Virus record (IMG/VR): IMGVR_UViG_3300037420_001129 | Span: 1 to 27,114 of that record | Origin: a virus | Lineage: Duplodnaviria > Caudoviricetes | Direction: 5' to 3' (one strand) | DNA length: 27,114 nucleotides | Shown here: positions 15,399 to 23,425 of the stretch, one piece after another | Layout: each line of letters begins with the position of its first letter | How positions within the stretch are numbered: position 1 is the first letter of the stretch | Notes under the pieces: model-generated | Told to the model about the DNA's origin: nothing | Seen by the model: the letters and a program-made list of their open reading frames with translations, nothing else | Database searches by the model: none | Made by a program: the position numbers and the translations under genes

Positions 15399-15865
15399 AG
15401 CGCCTTCTCCGCGCTGCGCAGATCCGGATTCCGGCGGCGCGTAGACACGCCCGATCCCGGCACCTCAGGCGGCGCCTTGCGGCGCTCGCCGCACGCCGGC
15501 CACGGCAGCGCGGCCTTGTCCTGGCGCTGACGCTCGCCCGCATGGCTCGCGCGCTCTCCGGCCCTGCAATCCCCTGTTACAGCGGGAGCGGAGGCGGCGA
15601 TAGGGCCGGGCGGGGCTGTGACAACAGGTAACGTGACTGGATGAGCACCAGCGATGGAATGAGTGGGGGCGATGACGCCGGGGTCGGGGACACGCTTGAA
15701 GTAGTCGAGCAGCAGCTGGACAGTCCCGATGCGCGGCTCGGTCTTGCCTTGGGCGATCTTGGTGAGCGTGTGATAGGGCACGCCGCTGTCTTGCGCGATA
15801 GCCACCCAGGTGCCGCGCGTCTCGTCCAGGCGCCTTCGCACGAAGGTGATGATCGGCTCGTTCAT
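15395..15865 (-). CDS. cro: Cro-like HTH regulator with a long C-terminal extension (156 aa)
   Basis: HTH WVAIAQDSGVPYHTLTKIAQGKTEPRIGTV. Divergent from cI. GGAGG RBS. Confidence 0.8.
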   Translation of the reverse strand: MNEPIITFVRRRLDETRGTWVAIAQDSGVPYHTLTKIAQGKTEPRIGTVQLLLDYFKRVPDPGVIAPTHSIAGAHPVTLPVVTAPPGPIAASAPAVTGDCRAGERASHAGERQRQDKAALPWPACGERRKAPPEVPGSGVSTRRRNPDLRSAEKAL

Positions 15866-15890
15866 GAGGACCTCCAGTTAATCTCCCGGA

Positions 15891-15919
15891 AGCCTAGCCG
15901 TTTATGGCTTGACAAGCAA
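15891..15919 (-). promoter_or_regulatory. PR-like promoter for cro
   Basis: Minus strand TTGCTT (15919-15914), 17 nt, TAGGCT (15896-15891). Overlapped by two operators. Confidence 0.65.
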
Positions 15920-15966
15920 GCCACACATGGCTTGAAGGGTCGCGGAAACTCGCCATATATGGCTAG
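15894..15966. promoter_or_regulatory. Three OR-like operators (18-bp imperfect palindromes)
   Basis: CTAGCCGTTTATGGCTTG 15894-15911, CAAGCCACACATGGCTTG 15917-15934, CTCGCCATATATGGCTAG 15949-15966. Core (A)GCC-N6-GGCT. Confidence 0.85.
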
Positions 15967-16699
15967 ACACCGAGACCCACCCGATCCGAACGTAGGCAAG
16001 AACCTCGCGGCGCTCATGGAGCGCAGCGAGGATCTGAAGAGTCAAGCAGCTCTTGCGCGGCGCACGGGCATTGCGCAGTCCACCATCGGGCGCCTGGTAC
16101 GCGGGGAAGTGAACGTCTCGGCGGCCAACCTGCGGAAGTTGGCAGAGGCCTTTGGTATTTCGGTTGATGTGCTTTACGTATCAACTGAAGAATTCGGGCG
16201 GTTTTTGCATACGACCGAGCCTCGCCTCGAACTGGTATCGAACATCGAGGGCCCGTTCATTGCCTATAGACCAAAGAATGTGCGCATCGTATGGGTGTGC
16301 GGCACATGCCAAGGCGGCTTCCCGGATCGCGTATGGGACGGGGATTTGCCAGAGACTGCGCAGGAGTACGCCGAAATTGCAGACGTAAATGAAAAAGCAA
16401 TAATTTGCAGGGTTGCGGGCGACTCAATGTCTCCGAAATACGAGCCCGGCAGCTATGTTCTTGTTGAGCCCGAGGAGGCCATAGAAATAGAAGACGATGT
16501 GCTGGTGCGCCTGCATTCCGGCGAGACGTTGTTAAAACGCCTGCTAAGTCGTCGCGGCGGCGTCCGCTTGGGCTCATATAACGACAGAGAGCCAGTCATT
16601 ACATTTCGAGAAGACGAAGTGAAATGGATGTACTGGGTGTCGCAACAGGTGCCGGCCAGAAAGATAAGGCAGAGGGCCGATTTACAGACGACCCTTTAG
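15959..16699 (+). CDS. cI: CI-like repressor, XRE HTH + S24 peptidase (246 aa)
   Basis: Start re-called at MARHRDPP. HTH SQAALARRTGIAQSTIGRL, catalytic Ser in V.GDSMSP and Lys in LLKRL, CQGG at the cleavage-site position. Confidence 0.92.
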   Translation: MARHRDPPDPNVGKNLAALMERSEDLKSQAALARRTGIAQSTIGRLVRGEVNVSAANLRKLAEAFGISVDVLYVSTEEFGRFLHTTEPRLELVSNIEGPFIAYRPKNVRIVWVCGTCQGGFPDRVWDGDLPETAQEYAEIADVNEKAIICRVAGDSMSPKYEPGSYVLVEPEEAIEIEDDVLVRLHSGETLLKRLLSRRGGVRLGSYNDREPVITFREDEVKWMYWVSQQVPARKIRQRADLQTTL

Positions 16700-16741
16700 A
16701 TAGAAGAGCTTAGGTCGCATGGCGGCCATCAGGAGGGAGAG

Positions 16742-17551
16742 ATGAGAATTCAGATTGCATGCGCTGCTATGGCGCTTGCATTGAGTGGCTGCGCCAACAG
16801 CTACAAGCAGTTCTACACCCCTATGTCTGGCCTGACGGCAGATCGAATTGCCGCGGTCAGGCAGGCGCCACCGCAGCCAGCCCCAGAAGTAGAGCGAATT
16901 GCCAGAGGGAGCCCAGAAGAGCAGGTCAACTCATTTATCAAGCGCGGCTACATGCCTATTGGATCGTCCTCGTTCAATAGCGGAGAGCGACAGTCCGAGG
17001 ATGCGGCAATTAGGCAGGGCGCAGAAGTGGGGGCTGATCTTGTTGTAATTATCGATCCGAAATATACAGGCACCGTCACCAGCAGTATTCCAATAAGCGC
17101 ACCAACAAGCTCAACCACCTATTATTCTGGATCGGCTACCACATATGGTAGCGGAGGCTACGCTAGAGCGTCCAGCAATGGAACGGCAACCACATTTGGA
17201 ACGACAACGTCACTTATTCCAATTTCCGTGAATCGCGTCGACTATGCGGCATGGTACTTCATTAAGCGCAAGCCGGCGCGCTTCGGCGCAGTTGTTAGGG
17301 ATCTTGATAAATCGCAGAGAGAGGAACTTCAGAGTAATAAAGGAGTTTCCGCCGTAGTGATTGTCGACAACTCTCCGGCATTTGATGCGGATATACTGGT
17401 TGGCGACATGATTATTGAAATGGACGGGGAATCCGTAGCAAACGTACAGCGGTACGAAGCGATCCTTGCGGCCCGCCCTGGCAAGCTGGTGGAGATCACC
17501 CTGGTGCGGAGAGGGCAGCAGATCAAGAAGAGTGTGCAGCTGCGGTCATAG
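16742..17551 (+). CDS. PDZ-domain lipoprotein (269 aa), lysogenic cargo
   Basis: Lipobox LSGC, Ser/Thr/Gly-rich middle, C-terminal PDZ (SPAF.A.IL.GD.IIE.DG...LVRRGQ). AGGAGG RBS. Visibly lower GC than its surroundings. Confidence 0.85.
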   Translation: MRIQIACAAMALALSGCANSYKQFYTPMSGLTADRIAAVRQAPPQPAPEVERIARGSPEEQVNSFIKRGYMPIGSSSFNSGERQSEDAAIRQGAEVGADLVVIIDPKYTGTVTSSIPISAPTSSTTYYSGSATTYGSGGYARASSNGTATTFGTTTSLIPISVNRVDYAAWYFIKRKPARFGAVVRDLDKSQREELQSNKGVSAVVIVDNSPAFDADILVGDMIIEMDGESVANVQRYEAILAARPGKLVEITLVRRGQQIKKSVQLRS

Positions 17552-17580
17552 CTCCTTAAGACGCCTCGCCCAGTAGACCG

Positions 17581-17603
17581 GCCCGCCTCGCGCGGGCTTT
17601 TTT
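17581..17603 (+). terminator. Intrinsic terminator of the cI-lipoprotein transcript
   Basis: GCCCGC-CTCGC-GCGGGC-TTTTTT. Confidence 0.88.
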
Positions 17604-17613
17604 GTGCGCGCAT

Positions 17614-17662
17614 CTAGCCGTTTATGGCTTGACATCCAGCCAAACAAGCCAATAATGGCTAG
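17614..17662 (+). promoter_or_regulatory. PL-like promoter with two OL-like operators
   Basis: Operators CTAGCCGTTTATGGCTTG 17614-17631 and CAAGCCAATAATGGCTAG 17645-17662. TTGACA 17629-17634, 16 nt, AATAAT 17651-17656. Confidence 0.8.
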
Positions 17663-17691
17663 GCATACACGGTTAGACAAGCGAGGCGCAC

Positions 17692-17958
17692 ATGCACCCC
17701 CCACCCCTCCAGACCCCCGCGGCGCAGCCGCAACCCACTGACGGCGGCCAAGCGTTCCCGGCCGTCTGGAGTGACGACGGAAAAGAGTTCCGCTGCACCG
17801 ATGGCATGACGCTGCGCGACTACTTCGCAGGAATCGCGCTGGCCGGCTTGATTAATCACGAGGGCATGGGTCGCAACGATGACTTGCGCTTGGCAGATGC
17901 CCGCAGGTCCTACGCCCAGGCCGACGCCATGCTGGCCGCGCGCAAGGAGGGCAAGTGA
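17692..17958 (+). CDS. Small conserved phage protein, GMTLRDYFA family (88 aa)
   Basis: DGG.AFP...GMTLRDYFA..AL...Y..ADAMLAAR motif. First PL-operon gene, GAGG RBS. Confidence 0.85.
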   Translation: MHPPPLQTPAAQPQPTDGGQAFPAVWSDDGKEFRCTDGMTLRDYFAGIALAGLINHEGMGRNDDLRLADARRSYAQADAMLAARKEGK

Positions 17959-18464
17959 TGGCCGCCCTCACCCAACGTCCCCAGGCCCGCGCCGCGGCCC
18001 TCATCGCCACGGCCCAGGCCTTGGGCATCGCCCGGGCCCGCGAGATCGGCGGCACGCCGGAGCAGCAGGCGCTGACGACGGCCAAGGCCGAAGCTGCGCA
18101 GTTGCGCGGCTACGTCCACAGCCTGTGCTTCGAGGCGCACGAGCTGCGCGCCGCGCTCACACCGAAGCTGGGCGCCGACACGTTCACCGTGGCGTCCAAG
18201 CTGGACGACCAGGCGGTGGTGCTGGAGTACTCGGCGGAATGGGTCGAGGGCCATCGTGGTGGGCATTGGGACGTGGCCTGCCGGTGGGTGCACCTCGGTG
18301 GCCTCCGGCTCGACGCCAGCCCCGTGGGCGGGCCGTTGAAGCGCGAGGTCGCCGCCCGCTTCCAGGCCGAGTGCGAGGCGCACTTCAACCGCCAGCCCAA
18401 GGCGCGCCGAGTTGTTGACAACACCACAGTGCTGGGCCCGGTTGTGATCGCGAGGGCTGCGTGA
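17958..18464 (+). CDS. Hypothetical protein (168 aa)
   Basis: TGATG coupling, AAGGAGG RBS, phage-like codon usage. Confidence 0.7.
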   Translation: MAALTQRPQARAAALIATAQALGIARAREIGGTPEQQALTTAKAEAAQLRGYVHSLCFEAHELRAALTPKLGADTFTVASKLDDQAVVLEYSAEWVEGHRGGHWDVACRWVHLGGLRLDASPVGGPLKREVAARFQAECEAHFNRQPKARRVVDNTTVLGPVVIARAA

Positions 18465-18796
18465 TGGCCGCCCCAACCACCACCCAGGCCACCGCGGCTC
18501 AGCCGCAGCAGGCGACGCTCCGCGAGCAGTTCGCGGCGTCCGTCGCCGAGACGAAAGCGCGCTGGAGCGCGCAGCAGGCGGCGAAGCGCGCCGCCACGCC
18601 GCAGCCGGCGCCCACGCCGGTGCCGGTGTTCAACATCGAGGCCGCGCGTGCCGAGCTGGCGCGCCTGGAGGCGTCGCACAGCGCCTCCTACCAGTTCTCC
18701 GACGACCGCGCCGAGTACCACAAGGGCGTAGACCGGGAGCAGAGCATCAATGTCCTGCGCGCCGCGATCGCTGAGGCTGAGCGGAGGGCTGCGTGA
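18464..18796 (+). CDS. Hypothetical protein (110 aa)
   Basis: TGATG coupling. Contains H..SYQFSDD...Y.KG motif. Confidence 0.7.
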   Translation: MAAPTTTQATAAQPQQATLREQFAASVAETKARWSAQQAAKRAATPQPAPTPVPVFNIEAARAELARLEASHSASYQFSDDRAEYHKGVDREQSINVLRAAIAEAERRAA

Positions 18797-18879
18797 TGAG
18801 CGCCGATTTCATCGCCGTGGCCGGCACCGCCGCGCTGGCATGCCTTGGCGCCGTGGTGCGCGTGTTCTTCGGGGCCTGA
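18796..18879 (+). CDS. 27-aa hydrophobic peptide (not in ORF track)
   Basis: MSADFIAVAGTAALACLGAVVRVFFGA. TGATG coupling, and it fills the gap to the next ATG. Confidence 0.55.
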   Translation: MSADFIAVAGTAALACLGAVVRVFFGA

Positions 18880-18882
18880 GCC

Positions 18883-19074
18883 ATGGCCGCCCTCTCCCTT
18901 CCCCGCAGCGACGCCGCCGAGATCACGCACCGCATGCAGTGCCGCATGCGCCTGCGCCGCCTGCGCACGCAACCGGCGCGCCGCGCCTTCAACACCCTCG
19001 CAACGTGGGCGCGCTCCGGCGCGTCCGTCATCAACGCAGTCCGCGCCGCCGCCGGCGCCTGGAGCAGCCTATGA
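18883..19074 (+). CDS. Hypothetical basic protein (63 aa)
   Basis: Fills the operon gap. ATGA overlap with the nuclease gene. Confidence 0.55.
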   Translation: MAALSLPRSDAAEITHRMQCRMRLRRLRTQPARRAFNTLATWARSGASVINAVRAAAGAWSSL

Positions 19075-19904
19075 GCACCGCAACCATCAGCCGCCCGCTG
19101 GCCACGGTGCGCGCCAGCTCCTGGCCCGGTCTGTTCGACTGCGCGCAAAGGTTCTATTGGCAAGACATCGTCGGCCTACGCGGCCCGGGCAACGGCCGAA
19201 GCGCCGTGGGCACCGCCGTGCACGCCGGCACTGCGCTGTACGATCAGGCGCGCCTGGACGGCCAGCCGGTGAGCGTCGGCGACGCCGTTGAGGCCTCGTT
19301 CGAAGCGCTGACGAAGCCCACCGAAGAGGTGGTCTACGACGAAGGCATGACGCGCCGCGACGCCGAGAGCCTGGCGGTGCTGCTGACTACGCGCTACTGC
19401 CAGGACATCGCCCCCACGCGCACCTATGTCGCGGTGGAGCTGCGGTGCACGGCGCTGGACATCGTCACCCGCTACGGGACAGTGCGCGTCACCGGCACCA
19501 CCGACCGCGTGCGCCTGCTGCCCGGCAGCGTGCTGGGCATTGGCGACCTGAAGACCGGCGCCGCCGCAACGGAGTTGGACTCCCAGGGCCGGCGCCGCGC
19601 CGTCACGCAGCCGCACGGCATGCAGCTCGGCATCTACACGCTGATGGCCGAGCACGGTACCGGCCAGCGTATCGACGGCCCGGCCGAAATCGTTGCCCTG
19701 CAAACCACCAAGGGCGGCCCGTGTGCCACCGGCGAGATCGCCGACGTCAAGACGCCGCTGCTGGGCGACGACGAGACGCCCGGCCTCATCGAGATAGCCG
19801 CGCAGTTGCTGAGCCAAGGCCTGTTCCCACCCAACCCGAAGTCCCTGCTGTGCTCGCCGCGCTACTGCGCAGCCCACGGCACCCGCTGCAAGTACCACGG
19901 CTGA
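19071..19904 (+). CDS. PD-(D/E)XK RecB-family / Cas4-like exonuclease (277 aa)
   Basis: Start re-called at MSTATISRPL. GTAVH, GTTD, IGDLKTG and QLGIY motifs. One N-terminal Cys (FDC) plus three C-terminal Cys (C.PRYC.....C), an Fe-S staple pattern. Confidence 0.88.
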   Translation: MSTATISRPLATVRASSWPGLFDCAQRFYWQDIVGLRGPGNGRSAVGTAVHAGTALYDQARLDGQPVSVGDAVEASFEALTKPTEEVVYDEGMTRRDAESLAVLLTTRYCQDIAPTRTYVAVELRCTALDIVTRYGTVRVTGTTDRVRLLPGSVLGIGDLKTGAAATELDSQGRRRAVTQPHGMQLGIYTLMAEHGTGQRIDGPAEIVALQTTKGGPCATGEIADVKTPLLGDDETPGLIEIAAQLLSQGLFPPNPKSLLCSPRYCAAHGTRCKYHG

Positions 19905-19939
19905 AGTCCCAAAAACCCTCACCTCACAAGAGACCAACG

Positions 19940-21223
19940 ATGAACGCACCCACCCAGACCGCCGAGGTCGCCCGCGCTGATCTGTCCTCGATGCGCGCCC
20001 TTCAAATGCCCGCCGACCAGGCGGTGGACATGTTCACCGAGCGCGGCTTCGCGCTCGCCTGCCGCATCGCCAAGGCGCTGGCCAGCTCCGACGCCGTGCC
20101 TGTGCAATACCGCCAGCAGACCATCAAGAAGGTTGGCAGGCAGGAGCAGGTGGTGGAGAACCCGGCCGCCCTGGGCAACTGCCTTGTGGCTGTCGAAGTG
20201 GCGCGCGCGGTGGGCATGTCCATCGTCAGCGTCATGCAGAACGCCGACATGATCGAGGGCAAGCTGCGCTGGAGCGGCAAGTTCGTGATCGCCGCCGTCA
20301 ATGCCAGCGGAAGGTTCACCCCGCTGCGCTTCGACATGAAGCAGCGCGGCCGCATGAAGGCCTCCTACAAGGAGAAGACGGGCTGGGACGAGCAGATCAA
20401 CCGCCCGATCATGACCGAGCGGACGGTGGAGGTTGACGACATCCAGTGCATCGCTTGGGCGCTACCCAAGGGCATGCCCTTCCCGCCCGGCATCTACACG
20501 CTGGACCAAGCCAAGGCCGCAGGACTGCCCGTCATCGAGGGCGCGCCGGTGACGATGAAGCTGGTGGTGGAAGAAGGCTGGTACGGCAAGCCGGGCTCGA
20601 AGTGGCAGACCGACATGCGGACCATGATGTTCCAGTACCGCGCCGGCACCTTCTTCGCCAACATCCACGCGCCGGACGTGATCATGGGCATGGGCGGGCA
20701 GACCAGCGAGGAGGCTCGCGACCTCATGACGGTGGACATGGGCAACGACGGCCAGGTGCTGGACGTGCGCCCCGACTTCGCCGTCGGCCAGAAGCCGCCC
20801 ATGGCTGAGGTGGTGCCGCCCGCATCGGCGCCGGCTCCCGCTTCGTCTCCGGCGCCTTCCGTCCCGGAAAACGCCCCGCGCGATGCACAAAAGGCCTCAC
20901 CCGTCCCGTCTGCGTCCGCCTCCGGCTCGCCGGCGCCGACCTTCGATGCCGAGGCTTTCGCCGATCGCATGGAGCGCGCTGCCGACGCCGGCGACATCGA
21001 CACGATGGACGCCATGGCCGACGAGCTGCGCGGCCTGGCCGACCAGGATCTGGCCGGCACGCTGACCGCCCAGTACAAGCGCCTGCGCGCCAGCGCGGAA
21101 GAGATGCGTGATGGCCAAGGCTCGCTCCAGGCCGCGCCGCCTACCCCGGCTCCTGCCCCCGCTCCGGCGCCGGCCCGCCGGGGCCGTGCCGCCGGTGCCA
21201 ACAGCTTCGGCAGCCTGGAGTAA
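19940..21223 (+). CDS. RecT/Redbeta-like single-strand annealing protein (427 aa)
   Basis: Start re-called at MNAPTQ. A.AL..S..VP..YR, NC.VA.E.A..G.S...VMQN..I.GK..WS, W......M..YRA..FF motifs. Pro/Ala linker. Adjacent to the exonuclease. Confidence 0.75.
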   Translation: MNAPTQTAEVARADLSSMRALQMPADQAVDMFTERGFALACRIAKALASSDAVPVQYRQQTIKKVGRQEQVVENPAALGNCLVAVEVARAVGMSIVSVMQNADMIEGKLRWSGKFVIAAVNASGRFTPLRFDMKQRGRMKASYKEKTGWDEQINRPIMTERTVEVDDIQCIAWALPKGMPFPPGIYTLDQAKAAGLPVIEGAPVTMKLVVEEGWYGKPGSKWQTDMRTMMFQYRAGTFFANIHAPDVIMGMGGQTSEEARDLMTVDMGNDGQVLDVRPDFAVGQKPPMAEVVPPASAPAPASSPAPSVPENAPRDAQKASPVPSASASGSPAPTFDAEAFADRMERAADAGDIDTMDAMADELRGLADQDLAGTLTAQYKRLRASAEEMRDGQGSLQAAPPTPAPAPAPAPARRGRAAGANSFGSLE

Positions 21224-21226
21224 GCC

Positions 21227-23047
21227 ATGCGCCTCGAACGGATCAACATCACGAATTTCCTCGGGGCGCGCGCGGTGGACGTGCGCTGCGTGGCGCCGGT
21301 GCAGCTGCTCTGCGGCCAGAACGGTGCGGGCAAGAGCAGCGTGCGCGACGCGGTGGCGCTGGCCCTCACCGCCGACCTGGGCCGTGTGTCCCTCAAGAAG
21401 GAGGCGCCGCAGCTCATCACCGCCGGCGCCGACCTGGCGGCCGTGCAGGTGACGGACAGCGACGGCGAGATCTACGGCGTGAGCATCAATGCCGCCGGGA
21501 AAATCACGGACACCCTGGCAGGCCGGAAGGCCGATCCGGTGGTCTCGCTGCTGCTGGACGCCCAGCGCTTCGCCAGCCTTTCGCCGACTGACCGGCGCGC
21601 CTTCCTCTTCGAGCTGATGGGCCTGCGGGCCGACGGCCCGGCGATCGGCGAGCGCTTGCTGGCCAAGGGCCTGGCCAAGGCCAAGGTGGAGCGCATCACA
21701 CCCCTGCTGCGCGCCGGCTTCGACAGCGCGTGCGCCGAGGCCAAGAACATGGCCACGCAGGCCAAGGGCGCCTGGCGTGCCGTCACCAATGAAACCTGGG
21801 GGAGCCAGAAGGCGAAGGGCTGGCGCGCTCCGGCCGTGACGGTGGATGCCGCCGCGGCCCAGGCCCTGGCCGCCGAGCTGCAGCAGCTGGACGAAGCCAT
21901 TGCGAGCTATCAGCAGATGATCGGCAGGCTGGAGGGCGAGCAGCAGCGCCGCGATGAGCTGAGCAAGAAGCTGGGCCAGCTGCAGGAGCTGTCCGAGCGC
22001 CTGGAGCGCATCAAGAAGAAGGCTGCGTTCGAAGAGGGCGAGCTGCAGCGCCTGACGGCTGAGCTGGAGGCGGTGCGCGCCGCGGCCGGCGGCGGCTCGC
22101 GCGAGGGCCTGGTGCACGACCTTGCGCGCGCTGTCAGCGGGATGCTGAAGGAGTGCTGGCCCTTCCCTCAATCGGAAGCGAGCAAGGCATGCGACGCCGG
22201 CCACGCGGCGCTCCAGGCCTACGAGAAGGCGCACGGCCCCCTGGATGCCGAGGCCGGCGACCCGGTCGCACTGGCCCGCATCCCCGCGCTCGAGGAGGCG
22301 ATCAGGATCACCACCCGCGCCGTCGAGAACGACCGCCGCGACCTCGAGGCCGCCCAGCGCGCCGCCGGCGAGATCGACGCGATCCGCGCCGAGCTAGCCA
22401 AGCCGTTCGACAGCACGATGGCCGAGTCCACGCGCGGCACGCTGGAGAAGCGCCGCGCCGAGCGCGCCGAAGTCATCAAGAAGCAGGATGCGCTGAAGGC
22501 CCAGCAAGCTGCCGCAGCAGCCGCCGACATCAAGACTGGCGAGGCCACGCGGCACGCTGCCGATGTCGCCGCATGGGACGCCCTGGCTGATGCGCTGTCG
22601 CCGGACGGCATCCCGGCCGAGCTGCTCGGCGAGGCGATGGGGCCGCTCAACGAGCGGCTGATCCAGTCGGCTGAGGACTCGGGCTGGGCCCAGGTGATGG
22701 TGACGCTGGACATGGAGGTGGTGGCCGCGGCCGACAGCGCACGCAGCGCCTGGCGCCCGTATCGACTTCTCAGCGAGAGCGAGCGCTGGAGGTGCGACGC
22801 GATGCTGGCCGAGGCCATCGGCTACGTGTCCGGCGCCCGTCTCCTGGTGCTGGATCGCTTCGACGTGCTGGACCTGCCCGGCCGCGCGCAGCTGCTGCAG
22901 TGGCTGGACCTGCTGGCGGACAACGAGGAGCTAGGCACCGCGCTCGTGTTCGGGACGCTGAAGGCTCTGCCCTCCAGCCTGCCGCCGTCCATCGAGGCGC
23001 ACTGGATCGAGAACGGCGTGGCCGGCCAGCTCCAGGCCGCAGCGTGA
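21227..23047 (+). CDS. Rad50/SbcC/SMC-like ABC-family coiled-coil ATPase (606 aa)
   Basis: I.NFLG, Walker A GQNGAGKS, long coiled coil, signature-like LSESE, Walker B-like LLVLD. Confidence 0.85.
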   Translation: MRLERINITNFLGARAVDVRCVAPVQLLCGQNGAGKSSVRDAVALALTADLGRVSLKKEAPQLITAGADLAAVQVTDSDGEIYGVSINAAGKITDTLAGRKADPVVSLLLDAQRFASLSPTDRRAFLFELMGLRADGPAIGERLLAKGLAKAKVERITPLLRAGFDSACAEAKNMATQAKGAWRAVTNETWGSQKAKGWRAPAVTVDAAAAQALAAELQQLDEAIASYQQMIGRLEGEQQRRDELSKKLGQLQELSERLERIKKKAAFEEGELQRLTAELEAVRAAAGGGSREGLVHDLARAVSGMLKECWPFPQSEASKACDAGHAALQAYEKAHGPLDAEAGDPVALARIPALEEAIRITTRAVENDRRDLEAAQRAAGEIDAIRAELAKPFDSTMAESTRGTLEKRRAERAEVIKKQDALKAQQAAAAAADIKTGEATRHAADVAAWDALADALSPDGIPAELLGEAMGPLNERLIQSAEDSGWAQVMVTLDMEVVAAADSARSAWRPYRLLSESERWRCDAMLAEAIGYVSGARLLVLDRFDVLDLPGRAQLLQWLDLLADNEELGTALVFGTLKALPSSLPPSIEAHWIENGVAGQLQAAA

Positions 23048-23112
23048 CCCTCCGCAGCAAGTACCGCACGCGCCGCGGGCGCGTGCACCAGCCATCACAA
23101 GAAAGCTCACCT

Positions 23113-23403
23113 ATGGACAACATCAACCTCAAAGCGATCCCCGACGGCGCCACCGTGATCAGCGGCGACCCGACCGAAGTTGGCGCCCAGCTCTTTGTGA
23201 AGCTGACCTTGCCCGTCATCACCGCCATGCATGAGAAGGGCGGCCCGGACGTCTCCATGGGCGTCATCGCCGGCCTGCTGGGCGCCACCTTCTGCTTCAT
23301 GTCCGAGCTGTACGGCCGCGAGCGCGGCGCTCACATGGCGCGCATGGCCGCCGCCTCGTTTGAGGAAGCGCAGGCCCGCGCCGTCGAGACGCTGAAGCAC
23401 TGA
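23113..23403 (+). CDS. Hypothetical protein (96 aa; alternative GTG start at 23044)
   Basis: MDNINLKAIPDGATVISGDP... is the C-terminal part of track ORF 22792..23403. Confidence 0.65.
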   Translation: MDNINLKAIPDGATVISGDPTEVGAQLFVKLTLPVITAMHEKGGPDVSMGVIAGLLGATFCFMSELYGRERGAHMARMAAASFEEAQARAVETLKH

Positions 23404-23425
23404 CAACAACACCAAGGGAGCCGCC

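Noticed and set aside
67-15543. Many long plus-strand ORFs opposite the structural and early genes (e.g. 3290..4729, 5373..6896, 7460..9151, 11762..13381) and minus-strand ORFs opposite the right arm
   Set aside because: Antisense shadows of real genes in high-GC DNA: Arg/Ala/Pro-rich or periodic translations, no RBS and no motifs.
15641-15958. N-terminal extension of cI in the ORF track (start 15641)
   Set aside because: It overlaps cro on the opposite strand and the operator region. The HTH begins only after ATG 15959.
19071-19904. Cas4-like protein suggesting CRISPR-Cas
   Set aside because: No repeat-spacer array or other cas genes in the window. The context is a phage recombination module.
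20810-21180. CCGGC(T/G)CC-type short repeats
   Set aside because: They encode Pro-Ala linkers of the annealase.
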